Assembly (NCBI GenBank): GCA_963735595.1
Contig: CAVTLK010000005.1
Coordinates: forward strand, 877,711-941,710
Source: an uncultured delta proteobacterium
GTDB lineage: Bacteria > Desulfobacterota > Zymogenia > Zymogenales > Zymogenaceae
Direction of reading: 5' to 3'
Length of the DNA stretch: 64,000 nt
The position numbers were made by a program, and so were the translations under genes. Each line of letters begins with the position of its first letter. Positions within the stretch are counted from its first letter, which is position 1. The notes below the pieces were generated by a model. It worked only from the letters and a program-made list of their open reading frames with translations. It was not told where the DNA came from and searched no databases. Positions 54,576-64,000 of this stretch are shown here, piece by piece.

Positions 54576-55811
54576 TTATAGAATACCGGAGCCTTTTGAG
54601 GCGTTACACTCCGGGCACGCGACTTGCCCGTTTAGAACGGTAGTCTTGCCTCCTTGCGACCAGGGTTTTATGTGATCAGCCTCCCAATTGTCCCAAGTGC
54701 ATCTTACGCCTTCGCATTTCGTCTTTACCTGGCAAATTCCGCCTTCTCTGCGATAGATTGCCAAGCGCTGCTCACGGGTAAAAATCCTTTGGTCATCTTT
54801 AAGCTCAATATCGGGAATCGACTCAAAAAACTTGCGAAGGAGAAATTCGTGGCGCCAGCTAATTGAATCTATGCTGTCAGTGCTATGGCTTATTTTTTCG
54901 TGATATGAGATTAATTCGGGATCAACATCGTCTTCAGAGAGTTTAATTTCGTTTCTTCGATATGTTTCAAAACCTATAAACCATTTTGCCAAATCCTCAT
55001 ATCGGTTCAGAAATACATAACGCTCAAGCAGATTAGATGCCATCGTATATAGGGAAATCACGTTATACCGTTCGAGTTCCGGGGTTTTTTCAGGGAACGC
55101 CTTCAGTAGAAAATCAAGGACACGCCTTATCTTTTTCGCAATTTGCCCGCTCTTATCAAAGTTGGTATTTTCCTTATATAGCTTATTAAGATTTGCATTC
55201 TTAACATTACAGGGACCTCCCTCTAATTCGATGAGGGTTACTTGTGCTGCTATATGATCAAAGGTGTAGCGTGAATTGTCGAATCCGCAGCTAAGGAAAA
55301 AGCGATGCTCTGAAAGTTCCTTTACGAAATCACGCATATTGCCGGACATCGCATTGCGCCTTTCTTGGGCCTTAAGCGTTGTCCCGTTTTGTAACCGTAA
55401 AAACATTTCCCTTACTTCTTCTTCGTCATCAGTCTGAATAATTACAATATCGAGTGGATAGATATCGAAGCGGGTCCTTAGTTCTATAGGAAGGTCTTCG
55501 TACTTCTTCGATGAAATCGAAAAACCGTCAATGTCTTCAATTTCATTTGTTAGAGCAAAGCCGCCGGAGTGAAACTCCCAAATAGCTCTTAGTCGCTGTT
55601 GACCGTCAACGACTTCATATTTTTCGGGATTAGATCGAATTTTTCTCCAATATAGTTTAGGGATATCGTAATTCTGTAAGACCGTATTGATAAGGAGTTG
55701 CTTTTGTGATAGGCTCCAAACTGCCGGTCGTTGGTAATCGGGATTTGTATCGATCTGCTTTCTGATTCCGCAGATTGTAGTTAATGGAAGGGGCTTCTTA
55801 GAAATATCCAT
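54576..55811 (-). CDS. DUF262 + HNH endonuclease (GmrSD-like)
   Basis: PDYQR..VW, VVDGQQRL, FLRLQ.G; C-terminal C..C...EADHIKPWSQGG.T...NGQ..C..CN. Confidence 0.88.
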   Translation of the reverse strand: MDISKKPLPLTTICGIRKQIDTNPDYQRPAVWSLSQKQLLINTVLQNYDIPKLYWRKIRSNPEKYEVVDGQQRLRAIWEFHSGGFALTNEIEDIDGFSISSKKYEDLPIELRTRFDIYPLDIVIIQTDDEEEVREMFLRLQNGTTLKAQERRNAMSGNMRDFVKELSEHRFFLSCGFDNSRYTFDHIAAQVTLIELEGGPCNVKNANLNKLYKENTNFDKSGQIAKKIRRVLDFLLKAFPEKTPELERYNVISLYTMASNLLERYVFLNRYEDLAKWFIGFETYRRNEIKLSEDDVDPELISYHEKISHSTDSIDSISWRHEFLLRKFFESIPDIELKDDQRIFTREQRLAIYRREGGICQVKTKCEGVRCTWDNWEADHIKPWSQGGKTTVLNGQVACPECNASKGSGIL

Positions 55812-55837
55812 ATTTTCGTCCTTTGATTGTTACGCCA

Positions 55838-56317
55838 TCAAAAGTAATATCCTTTGCTTCTCTTGGGATTTGATGAACCTCTAAGGCGAGCCTCTCCATC
55901 ATCCTCGTATTTGATAATGAGCTCAGCCTTCTCAATACTAATACTATCGGGCGTGTATATGCCAGTATCTTCACCCGTCATCGTGTCGTAACCGATATCC
56001 TCTCTGTGTGCTTTGAGAACTCTCGTTTTACCAGGGGCGACGATGTCTTCGTCATCTCCTAAGAAAATGAACTGATATTCCTTCCCTTCATAGAATAGGA
56101 TAACGTCGGTTAGCTGTAATTCCCGTTCGATGTTAGGATTGAAAATCTTGAAATATAGCGTATGCCAATTAGCCTGCTCCATTTCAAGCCAGAATCGTAT
56201 CAGTCTAGGCTTTCTGAAAAACTTCGTATGATTAATGTAGTATGAAAAATATAGCGAAACTATGCTAATGGCTAGTGCAACTAAAGAAATCAAGTTATTT
56301 AGAATAAAGTCCCACAC
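55838..56317 (-). CDS. hypothetical protein with N-terminal TM
   Basis: Hydrophobic N-terminus; AT-rich. Confidence 0.5.
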   Translation of the reverse strand: MWDFILNNLISLVALAISIVSLYFSYYINHTKFFRKPRLIRFWLEMEQANWHTLYFKIFNPNIERELQLTDVILFYEGKEYQFIFLGDDEDIVAPGKTRVLKAHREDIGYDTMTGEDTGIYTPDSISIEKAELIIKYEDDGEARLRGSSNPKRSKGYYF

Positions 56318-56341
56318 GGTCTATCTCATAGCTTTTTAGAG

Positions 56342-59300
56342 TTAAACGCTTTCTGCTCTTATAAGGCGGCTACTCACGAGATCAATAACTGCTTCGTAGA
56401 CCCCCCTTCTTTCTTCTTGAGTAAGACATAGCGCATCGAATATTAGGTTATCTATTGTTTGTCTTCCATCATCAGCTATTTCTTCTCTCAAAGACTAATA
56501 ACTCTATAGCGATTGGACTTGAAAATAGAGTTCACCAATCCATAATCGGTAGACATGAAAATCGGACAATCTGCAAGTTCATAAACCGCTAAATCGAGAA
56601 GCCCTTCGCCTAGCCCGGTGCGAGATCCGATTTCAAGAAACAAGCTACAAGTTATAGCATTTGTGCCTATCAAGACTGATTCGATCATATTAGGATCATG
56701 TGGATATATCTCATATAGCCTCTTATCAGCGAATATTCCGATATTTCTGAAAGTCCTTGGTATTTCAGTAACGCTGCTTGGGCTTATAATTGAAGGATAT
56801 CTCCTCTCCCCTAAATCCCACCACCTCGGTCTCGTTGCGCACGTTGGGCGGCGATGAAATTCCTGGGATTCTCCCCATTTGATATACTCAAGAGCTCTTG
56901 TTCCCTTCAAATCCTTTATTTCTTTATCGCACATGAAGACCTTATATCGGAGGTCTGCCGGATCGATCAAGATTTTCTTGCATTCACGCGGGCTCTTGAT
57001 TACCAGCTTGAAAAACTCCTCCTCTATCCCCCACTGCCTTATTGCCTCATCGTCGAGGTAGAAAAAGTCGATTTGCGCGGTCTTGATTCCGAAGCGCACC
57101 TCCGCTATATCTCCGAGCCTCACGGCTTACCCTTTCCCTTTTCGAGGATCGTCCAATAAATATCAGGCGCCCGGAGGTATTTGCCTCCCCACTTATTGCC
57201 AACGTACCGAACGACTTTGATGAGGGGACCGCCGGGCGAAGGTTTCGGCAATTTCTCTCCTTCCTCATCATCTTCATCGTCGTGACCCATTCCCTCTTCA
57301 ATCAGAGCGTCCTGACTCTTTGGAAAGACCCGGTATTCTGCGGTCGTCCGCTTTTACCATGGCCTCCTCTATCTCCTCAAAGATGACTGGGGAGACTATC
57401 TGCTCGAAGGGTACGTAGCTCATTACAAATTTGGCTACCTTATCTTTCCCGCCATCTGACTTTAGGTCGGGGGGTGAGAAGAGGACAATGATGGTGTTCA
57501 CATCGGCCTGCGAAAATGACCGCTTCACCTTGTTATCAATGATGAGCCTGACATGGCAGTACCTCAGGAGGAACTCCTGTAGAGATCCTTGCCGTAGCCC
57601 ACGTCAAGCCATGAATTTGAGGTGATGAAACAAAAGGAGCCATTCGGGTTGAGGAGAGAAAGACCATGAAAGTAGAAGTAGATGTAGTAGTCGCTCCGGG
57701 CTTCGATCTTTCGTTGGGCAGCTTTGCTTGGGTTGTTCGGTAAGTCGTCGTTTTTCGCTTCGATAGCCGAAAAAGGCGGGATACTTTCGGTAGACCGAGC
57801 GAAAGAGCTTTGCCTTATAGAGTTTCCTGTTATCCGTTGTAATTGCTTCTCGTGCTAGGAGGGGATTGGATATCTTCTCCTGACGGACATACGGCGGATT
57901 GCCGAGGACGATGTCAAATCCCTTTTGGTCTCCCTCGAATATCTCGACGAATGAGATGTCCCAGACGAAAAAAACGTCCTCCGGTCCCCTGATTCGGGAG
58001 AGAGCGTCGTCAAGCTCCTCCTGCTCAGCGATGAGCCGTTCCCTATCCTTTTTCGCTTGCTCGGCCTTGAGAGAGAGTTGGGTTGGACGGGAGGTTTCGC
58101 CGCCGAAAAGGCCCATCTGTTCGGCGCGGGGAGGTTGGATGATAAGACTCGAGCCGTTCGATCTCCTCCCTGATCCTTTTCTTTCGGTCGCTGAGAACTT
58201 CGCGGAAGAGATTAAGCTCTTCGAGTTTGACCTCCGATTCCGTCTTGAGCCGCCGATCCTTGACGTTGTTGTAGAATTCAAGCTTTTCCCGTTTGAGCCG
58301 GGTGATCTTGCTCCTTTACTTCAGGCGAGAGGATCCCTTTCATCTTGAGATTACCGAAGTCAATCCCTCCCACTTCCTGCACGAGGCTTTCGCCTGGTCG
58401 AATCTTGAAGCTGAAATTTGGAAGAAGCGGCTCCGTTCGGATGGAGAGTTCGTAGGGATCAAACTCTGTATCGATGATGAGGGAAAGCCGAGCCTGAGTC
58501 GCCACGTGGCAGGCCCACTCCATTACGTCTACGCCATAGAGGTTCTCTGCGATAATCTTTTTTCGTCGCAAAAAAGGGTCTTGCCCCACACCGTCAACGA
58601 AACTGCCCGCCCGCTCCATCAGATCATCGTAGATCGCAAGCATCCCCACCAGAAACGATCCGGAGCCGCAGGCGGGGTCCAGTACTGTCGTTTTCTGGAG
58701 CCGTTCGTGCGACACGCCCCAGAGCCCGGCGCGGTCGAGAGATAAGTCGGCCTCGACCTTTTCCTCGTCGTCGAGTGAAAAGACGACACGGAGTATCAGG
58801 GGCTTATGCTCTTTCCCTAGGTTGTTCGCGAGGTTATCGGCCAGGGCCAGACGCACATGAGGTCGATTTCAGTACGGGGAGTATAGAGATACCGGCGTCA
58901 CCCCGCTCGTCGCTCTCGAAAGGATAATTGACTAGGCTTTCGTACACCCGGCCGATCATCTCCGGATCGACGGCGACTTCCTTGTCGAAGCGGTGTGTCC
59001 TCCGCTATAGTGAAGTTATAGCGCTCGAAGAACTCGAATAGCTCCTCAAAGCGCGTGTCACGGACGATGAACCCGCTCATTTCATCGAGCTTATTTTCCC
59101 GGAAAAGACCACCGTTTAGATAGGGCGCTTTAAAAAGTATGTCGCGATATTTTTCGGGGATATACTCCCTTTGATTCGTGTTGAGGAGCACACGGTCTTT
59201 TCCCTGGTTAAATGCGTCAAAAAAGAGGACGCCCAGCCACTGAGCGAAAAAGGTGTCTTTCGGACGGCGGCTTCGTGGTAGGCGTTCCAAAAGCTTAAGA

Positions 59301-59975
59301 GAAACTTTCTGTCAGTGCCGAGCCATCCCTTCTTTTGGATGAAGTAAAGAAACATGACGCGGTTGAGGAACTGAAGAGCGTAATCGTGCGCCCAGCGCTT
59401 ATCGCCTATCTGGTTCTTGAGGTCGTTTTGGAGATCATCGAAGATCTTCCGGTAGTCTTTATAGAATTCATCGGTGACCTTCTCGACGGAGAAGGCTTTC
59501 TTGAGATCCCCAAGTGACGAGAAGTCGGCGTCACCGATCCGTTCGATAAATGTCCGGTTTTTCTGGTCGCGGTCGACAAAATAGGTGAACCGGCGGTAAT
59601 TGCTATAGTCCTTTCGTGTCCCCAAGTATTCTGCATGAACAAGACTGAAGCGGAAGTTGCCTTCCTTATCATGGAAGATAAATATTCCCGCATCGTGGGC
59701 GAGGGTCTCCTTGAGGATTTTCTTCGCCTTCTCATACTGCGCCTTTCGACTTCTGCGCTCCCGAGTTCACCCTCGACGGATAGTGAGACGACCATGAGAC
59801 CGCCATCTTGGGCGAACCGGAACTCTCCGAGCCTTCGGATATCCCCGAACTTCTCGTCATAATACTGGTTGAGGGTTTCCGGCAGTTCGGCGAAATTATT
59901 CTTTTGACAGAAATAATCTACGAACTTATTTACATTGCCGCTTTCGACTATCGGTTTCAGTGCTTCTCTGGTCAT
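56342..59975 (-). CDS. type IIG (Eco57I-like) restriction-modification enzyme, N6-adenine MTase, many frameshifts
   Basis: AFSVEKVTDEFY, LNRVMFLYFIQKKGWL, YLNGGLF, VLDPACGSGSFL, GFDIVLGNPPYVRQE. Confidence 0.85.
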
Positions 59976-62900
59976 ACGTCCACGCCTTTTACATTTTCAA
60001 TCGCGATAATGACTTCTTTCTGGAGTTGCCCCAACCGTTGCTCTATCTTCCTCAGATAATCGTTCCCAAGTATTTCGCGAATTTCCGAAAGCTCTTCCCT
60101 GATTTTCTTAATATCCTTTTGGGCGGGGTTTAACATCTCCAGATTCGCAATCCGCCGGAGTGTGAACTCCGAGAGGGTGTTGTAGTCGATGAGATCACGC
60201 CTCAACTCCCGGGCGAATTCAAGGAGGTCATCGAGATCGGGAGGTGGATTATTGAGGAGGGTTTTGAGGTTGTTGAGGGCTTTCGTCTCGAGACTTTCTG
60301 TGACGCGGGCGGCTTTGTCGCCGAACGCATATCCTTGGTGGCTATGTAGTTGTCCCAAAATGTGGGGCTCAGGTCCACTCGCGGCTGATCTTTACGGCAC
60401 TCGATATGGGGAATGATATCCTCAAGAACAAGGTCGATCCATGTTTTCTCCTTCCCCGATGATCTCCCGGGTGAAAAAGCCGAGGTTTTTCTTGATGAAG
60501 ACGAGGAGTCCGTTTTCCGGATACCGCTTTGCTACCTTCACCCGCGGGGGGAGTGTAGAAATCCGATCGATGACATCGGGGTGAGCCTCTTTTATCTCGA
60601 AATACTTCCGGCGGAGGGTGGTCTGAAAGCTCTCTGCCTCGTGGGCTTCCGGGTTTTCCATAACTTTCTTAAAAAGCCCTGCGGCCGTCGGCTCCTCGTC
60701 CGACTCGAAGATCTTGGCGTCCTCCCCGAGGGTGTTGTGGATGAGGAACATCTTATCGCCAGCGATCTGCCGGCTCTTAACGTAGCGGCCCCCTGTTCGG
60801 TTGGGAAGAAGTTATGGATATACAGGTCTCTGAATACCATCTTCCCGATACGGTTGATGCGCCCTACTCGTTGGATGACGCGGGTGGGGTTCCACGGGAT
60901 GTCGTAATTGATAACAGCTCCGGCGCGGTTTAGGTTGAAGCCTTCGGAGATTTTGTCGGTACCGAGGAGGATCTTGATAGTCGTCTTTTGCTTTTCGAAA
61001 GCGGCGTCGAAATTTTCGATTATTCGGTTGATCTTTGATGAGTCAAGTGACTTCCCAACACTGAGGGTCTTATCCGGGAATTCCTTTTCGAGTTTATCTT
61101 CGAGATATTTCGCTGTATCTTGGTATTCTGTGAAAATGACGACCTTTCTTTTCGGTTCACTTAGAGTTGGTTTGTTCTGTTCGATGATTTCCCTAACTAC
61201 CGATACGAGTTTTGCGAATTTAGGGTCGTCATCAACCAGACGTAGGTCTTCGAGTTTTCTCTTTATCTCGGCGAAGAGAACTTGGTCCGCCCTTATGTCC
61301 TTTATAAACTCCTCTTTCTTGGTAAAAGCCCCAACGTCATAAATCTTATATGTCTTCGGATAGTTGCCCTCACCGGAGACGGTCTTCAAAATCCTTGAGG
61401 TTTTCCTCGATTTCATCAGATATCGCTTTCATCGATCTTCTCTATGAGCTGGCGATCCAAAATATACTTTCCCCCCGAGTTCTCGATGAACTTTAACACC
61501 TTCTCTGTTACACGCTCAAAGTTGCAGATGCTCTACCGGAACGCACCAAAAGAGCTTTCGAATCGCTTAACAAGCAGGCGTCGCATGAAATCATAGAGGT
61601 TCTTTTGAGTGAGCGCTTCCCTGTGGTCTACGTCAGAGACATCCTCAGTATCGTTATCACTTGGCCGGTTTCATAGGCAAAAGGACGGTAGATCGCGCCG
61701 GTGAATTTCCCGTTTTCCCCGAAGTACTCATCAATAACCTGGTCGTAGAATACCGATTGAGGTTTTGTGAGCACAAAGAAGGACTCGACAGGATCCTTAA
61801 CTTCCGAAAGCTCGTATATCTCTTTTCGAATATTCGGGATCGTTTCTTAGGTCAATACGGTTCCGGCGAATAAGAACAGGTTCGATGATCTGGCGGATAT
61901 TCCTAGAAATGTGCTTTGACCGATCCTTGACCCTACTTAATTCGATCTTACGATCCCCGAAAAGAGATTCATAGTACGTCTCTGAGCGATTCCTCTTCTG
62001 GGCGTCTGACGAATTGTGATTCTTTTTTATGTATGCGAGCTTTTGAAAATCAGCGGAGTACGTCCTGAATTTAAAGACGAGGTCATCATCGAGGGTGATG
62101 TTTGATTTCCCAGGGATAATAAAAAGCTTGAGCATCGAGAAAATATCCGCAGGGGTGTTGTTAAACGGCGTTGCCGTAAGGAGAATGACGATTCTATTCC
62201 TGCATATAGTAACTGAGCGCTTCGTATGCTTCGGTATCCTGATTACGGAAGCGATGAGCTTCATCGATGATTACGACCTCAAAATCCTCGTTCTCGCTTA
62301 GAAACTCTTGTGTCCTTATCAGGTTCTCTAGACCACATGATCGGATCTCCCAATCGTGTAGCTGAAAACCTCCCGGTATTTTTCCCATCCGGTTTCTTTA
62401 TTGGGATCTCCGATAAGGCCTGGAGGGCAGATAATGACACCCCGTTTGCCGAGACTTCGGGCGATCATTCCGGCGATGATGCTCTTTCCGAGACCCACAA
62501 CATCAGAAACTAGTACTCCGCTGTAGTGTTCTATTATGGTTAATGCTTGGGCAACGGCATCCAACTGATACTTGAACTCGCGGTAATTCTTTTTCTGGAG
62601 GAGCTCCCGAAGACTTGGTCTGACTTTCTTCTGATCCTGCAGGTCAATGTATGTCTTCAGAACGAGGGTATACGCTTCAAAGGGCGTGATTTCCGTTATG
62701 AGGGTTTTATTCTTTATCAGATCGACGAGCCTCTTTCTGAATTCCTCATGTTCGGTTATTCTTATGGCACTGTTCCATAGATCATCAAAGTATTTTTCTG
62801 CCTCATCGGTGCCGTAATCTTTGATTTCCACATTGAATTCGCCTTGAGATAGTAGACCGGCCCTCGTGAGGTTGCTGCTCCCAGTGATGAAAAGGGAAGG

Positions 62901-63347
62901 CAATACTCTCCCGACATCCTTTTTGAAAGAGAAGATGTATAATTTTGCGTGGTTCGGGTCTTTAGTTTTTCTGATGATGAGCCTTCCCTGATCGAGAAGC
63001 TCAAGAAAAAACTTAGTTTGGATGTAAAACTCTTCGTTGTCGAAATATTCGGAGTTAAGTGAACTTGAGACTGACTTTAGATATTTCTCAATTTTCTCGT
63101 TATTTGTTAGACCCGCTGTATCCTCGGGATACTCCACGAGGCCATGAATTGTCTTGTCAACATTCAAGCCAACCAACAGGTTTATATCTACGTCTGGATT
63201 CTTTTTAAGCGACTCGAAGAGAACGTTGATTCCCGAAAAATAGAAGAAGCCCACTAAAAATTTCAGTTTATCACTACTCTCAATGAGTTCGGTTATTCGC
63301 TTTTTGAGACTGGTGTGTTTTGAAGCATTGGTTATGAATGTGGACAT
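59972..63347 (-). CDS. PLD-nuclease + SNF2 helicase fusion, many frameshifts
   Basis: HAKLY...GSSNLT (HKD); SDVVGLGKS, IIDEAHRFRN, LTATPFNN, SEGFNL, NYDIPWNPTRVIQRVGRINRIG. Confidence 0.85.
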
Positions 63348-63636
63348 TCCTGATCCTTTGCCTTCGAGTGAATATGACCGAAAGTGGATGGAGTCTTTTA
63401 TATCATTCTTTTTAATGAAAATCAAGTTTAGATAAACTGAGATACATATATACCACAATCTTTATATACAACTTCCCCTTTCAATAAAATGGAAAAGAGA
63501 ACAAAGTAGAAGTAGAACTTTGCCCCAGGAATAAGTAGTTCTGCTTCTATTTAAAGATTTCGGGTGTGAAATAGATACATTTCCGATGGAACATTATTTC
63601 CTGTGGAGCCGGAAAATGAAAGTAAGCGATACCCCC

Positions 63637-63790
63637 TATACACAACGCATACACACATCAGATCCGATATGCAAACCGAAACATACACACACCATACACA
63701 CATCCCGAATTTGAGGGAATCAAGCCCCAGGGACCCCTTTAACAGGGGGACATACACAACGCATACACACACCACATCACACATACACAC
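63637..63790 (+). repeat. seven YATACACAM nonamers, iteron-like
   Basis: Copies at 63637/63648, 63682/63693, 63751/63762 (pairs 11 bp apart) and 63782. Confidence 0.8.
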
Positions 63791-63831
63791 ATCACAAAAC
63801 AATAAGTTTATAAGTTATAGAATCTTTAAAA

Positions 63832-64000
63832 ATGCCGAGGAAAAACGTATGGGTCACCGAGGAGGTAGAGAAGCTCATCAAGGAGCTCGACATCAACCTA
63901 AGCGGGTACATCAACGATGAGCTACCGTTGAGATACAACCCCACCAGGTTCCTGCGATCCGAGATCAAGAAGACAGAGAAACGCCTCAAACGGCTCAATG
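63832..64000 (+). CDS. small DNA-binding-like protein (RHH/antitoxin-like), runs off the window
   Basis: Hand translation MPRKNVWVTEEVEKLIKELDINLSGYINDEL...; beta-helix-helix pattern. Confidence 0.5.
   Translation, partial: MPRKNVWVTEEVEKLIKELDINLSGYINDELPLRYNPTRFLRSEIKKTEKRLKRLN

Larger units (their letters stand above)
30827..64000. mobile_element. integrative element/genomic island at tRNA-Arg; right end outside the window
   Basis: Integrase directly after the tRNA 3' end; composition shift; cargo of partition, TA, IS and defence genes; no duplicate of the tRNA 3' end seen in the window. Confidence 0.85.

Noticed and set aside
12710..63347. Many split genes as pseudogenes or programmed frameshifts
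   Set aside because: Single-base indels hit housekeeping and island genes alike, often at homopolymers, with motifs intact on both sides; sequencing error is more likely, though reads are needed to confirm
63637..63790. CRISPR array
   Set aside because: Repeats are 9-19 bp, irregularly spaced, with no unique equal-length spacers; the Cas4-like gene has no cas neighbours
63551..63920. Val/Cys-rich and His/Thr-rich ORFs in the ORF track
   Set aside because: Translations of the CA-rich repeat array
30827..64000. Prophage
   Set aside because: No terminase, portal, capsid, tail or lysis genes recognisable in the window

Overview
The window has two parts. Positions 1-30.8 kb are GC-rich chromosomal backbone of an anaerobic bacterium (sigma54 system, CCA-encoding tRNA; deltaproteobacteria-like by gene content, which is inference). 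This part carries: five stand-alone V4R genes; a HydC/HydB/short HydA-like (Bfu-type) flavoprotein operon ending in an FMN glutamate-synthase subunit, divergent from nrpR; an acyl-CoA dehydrogenase; pyrE; an NYN protein; an amidohydrolase; a REC-PAS sigma54 activator; thiT with a TPP riboswitch; and two unannotated paralogous 28-aa membrane peptides. From tRNA-Arg(TCT) at 30751-30826 to the window end lies a visibly more AT-rich integrative element whose far boundary is outside the window. It encodes: a tyrosine integrase and excisionase; a tubulin/FtsZ-family GTPase with an upstream winged-helix gene and repeat array (TubZRC-like); two paralogous HerA/VirD4-like ATPases with wHTH plus PD-(D/E)XK-like tails, one beside a solo Cas4-like nuclease; a DUF6094 methyltransferase and SNF2 helicase; a Panacea TA pair; IS1-like remnants; and a defence cluster (PLD-SNF2 helicase, type IIG R-M, DUF262-HNH, HEPN-like). 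Several element promoters look archaeal (BRE-TATA). Many genes, including housekeeping ones, are split by single-base frameshifts, most likely long-read errors. All family assignments come from motif recognition by eye; no database searches were run.
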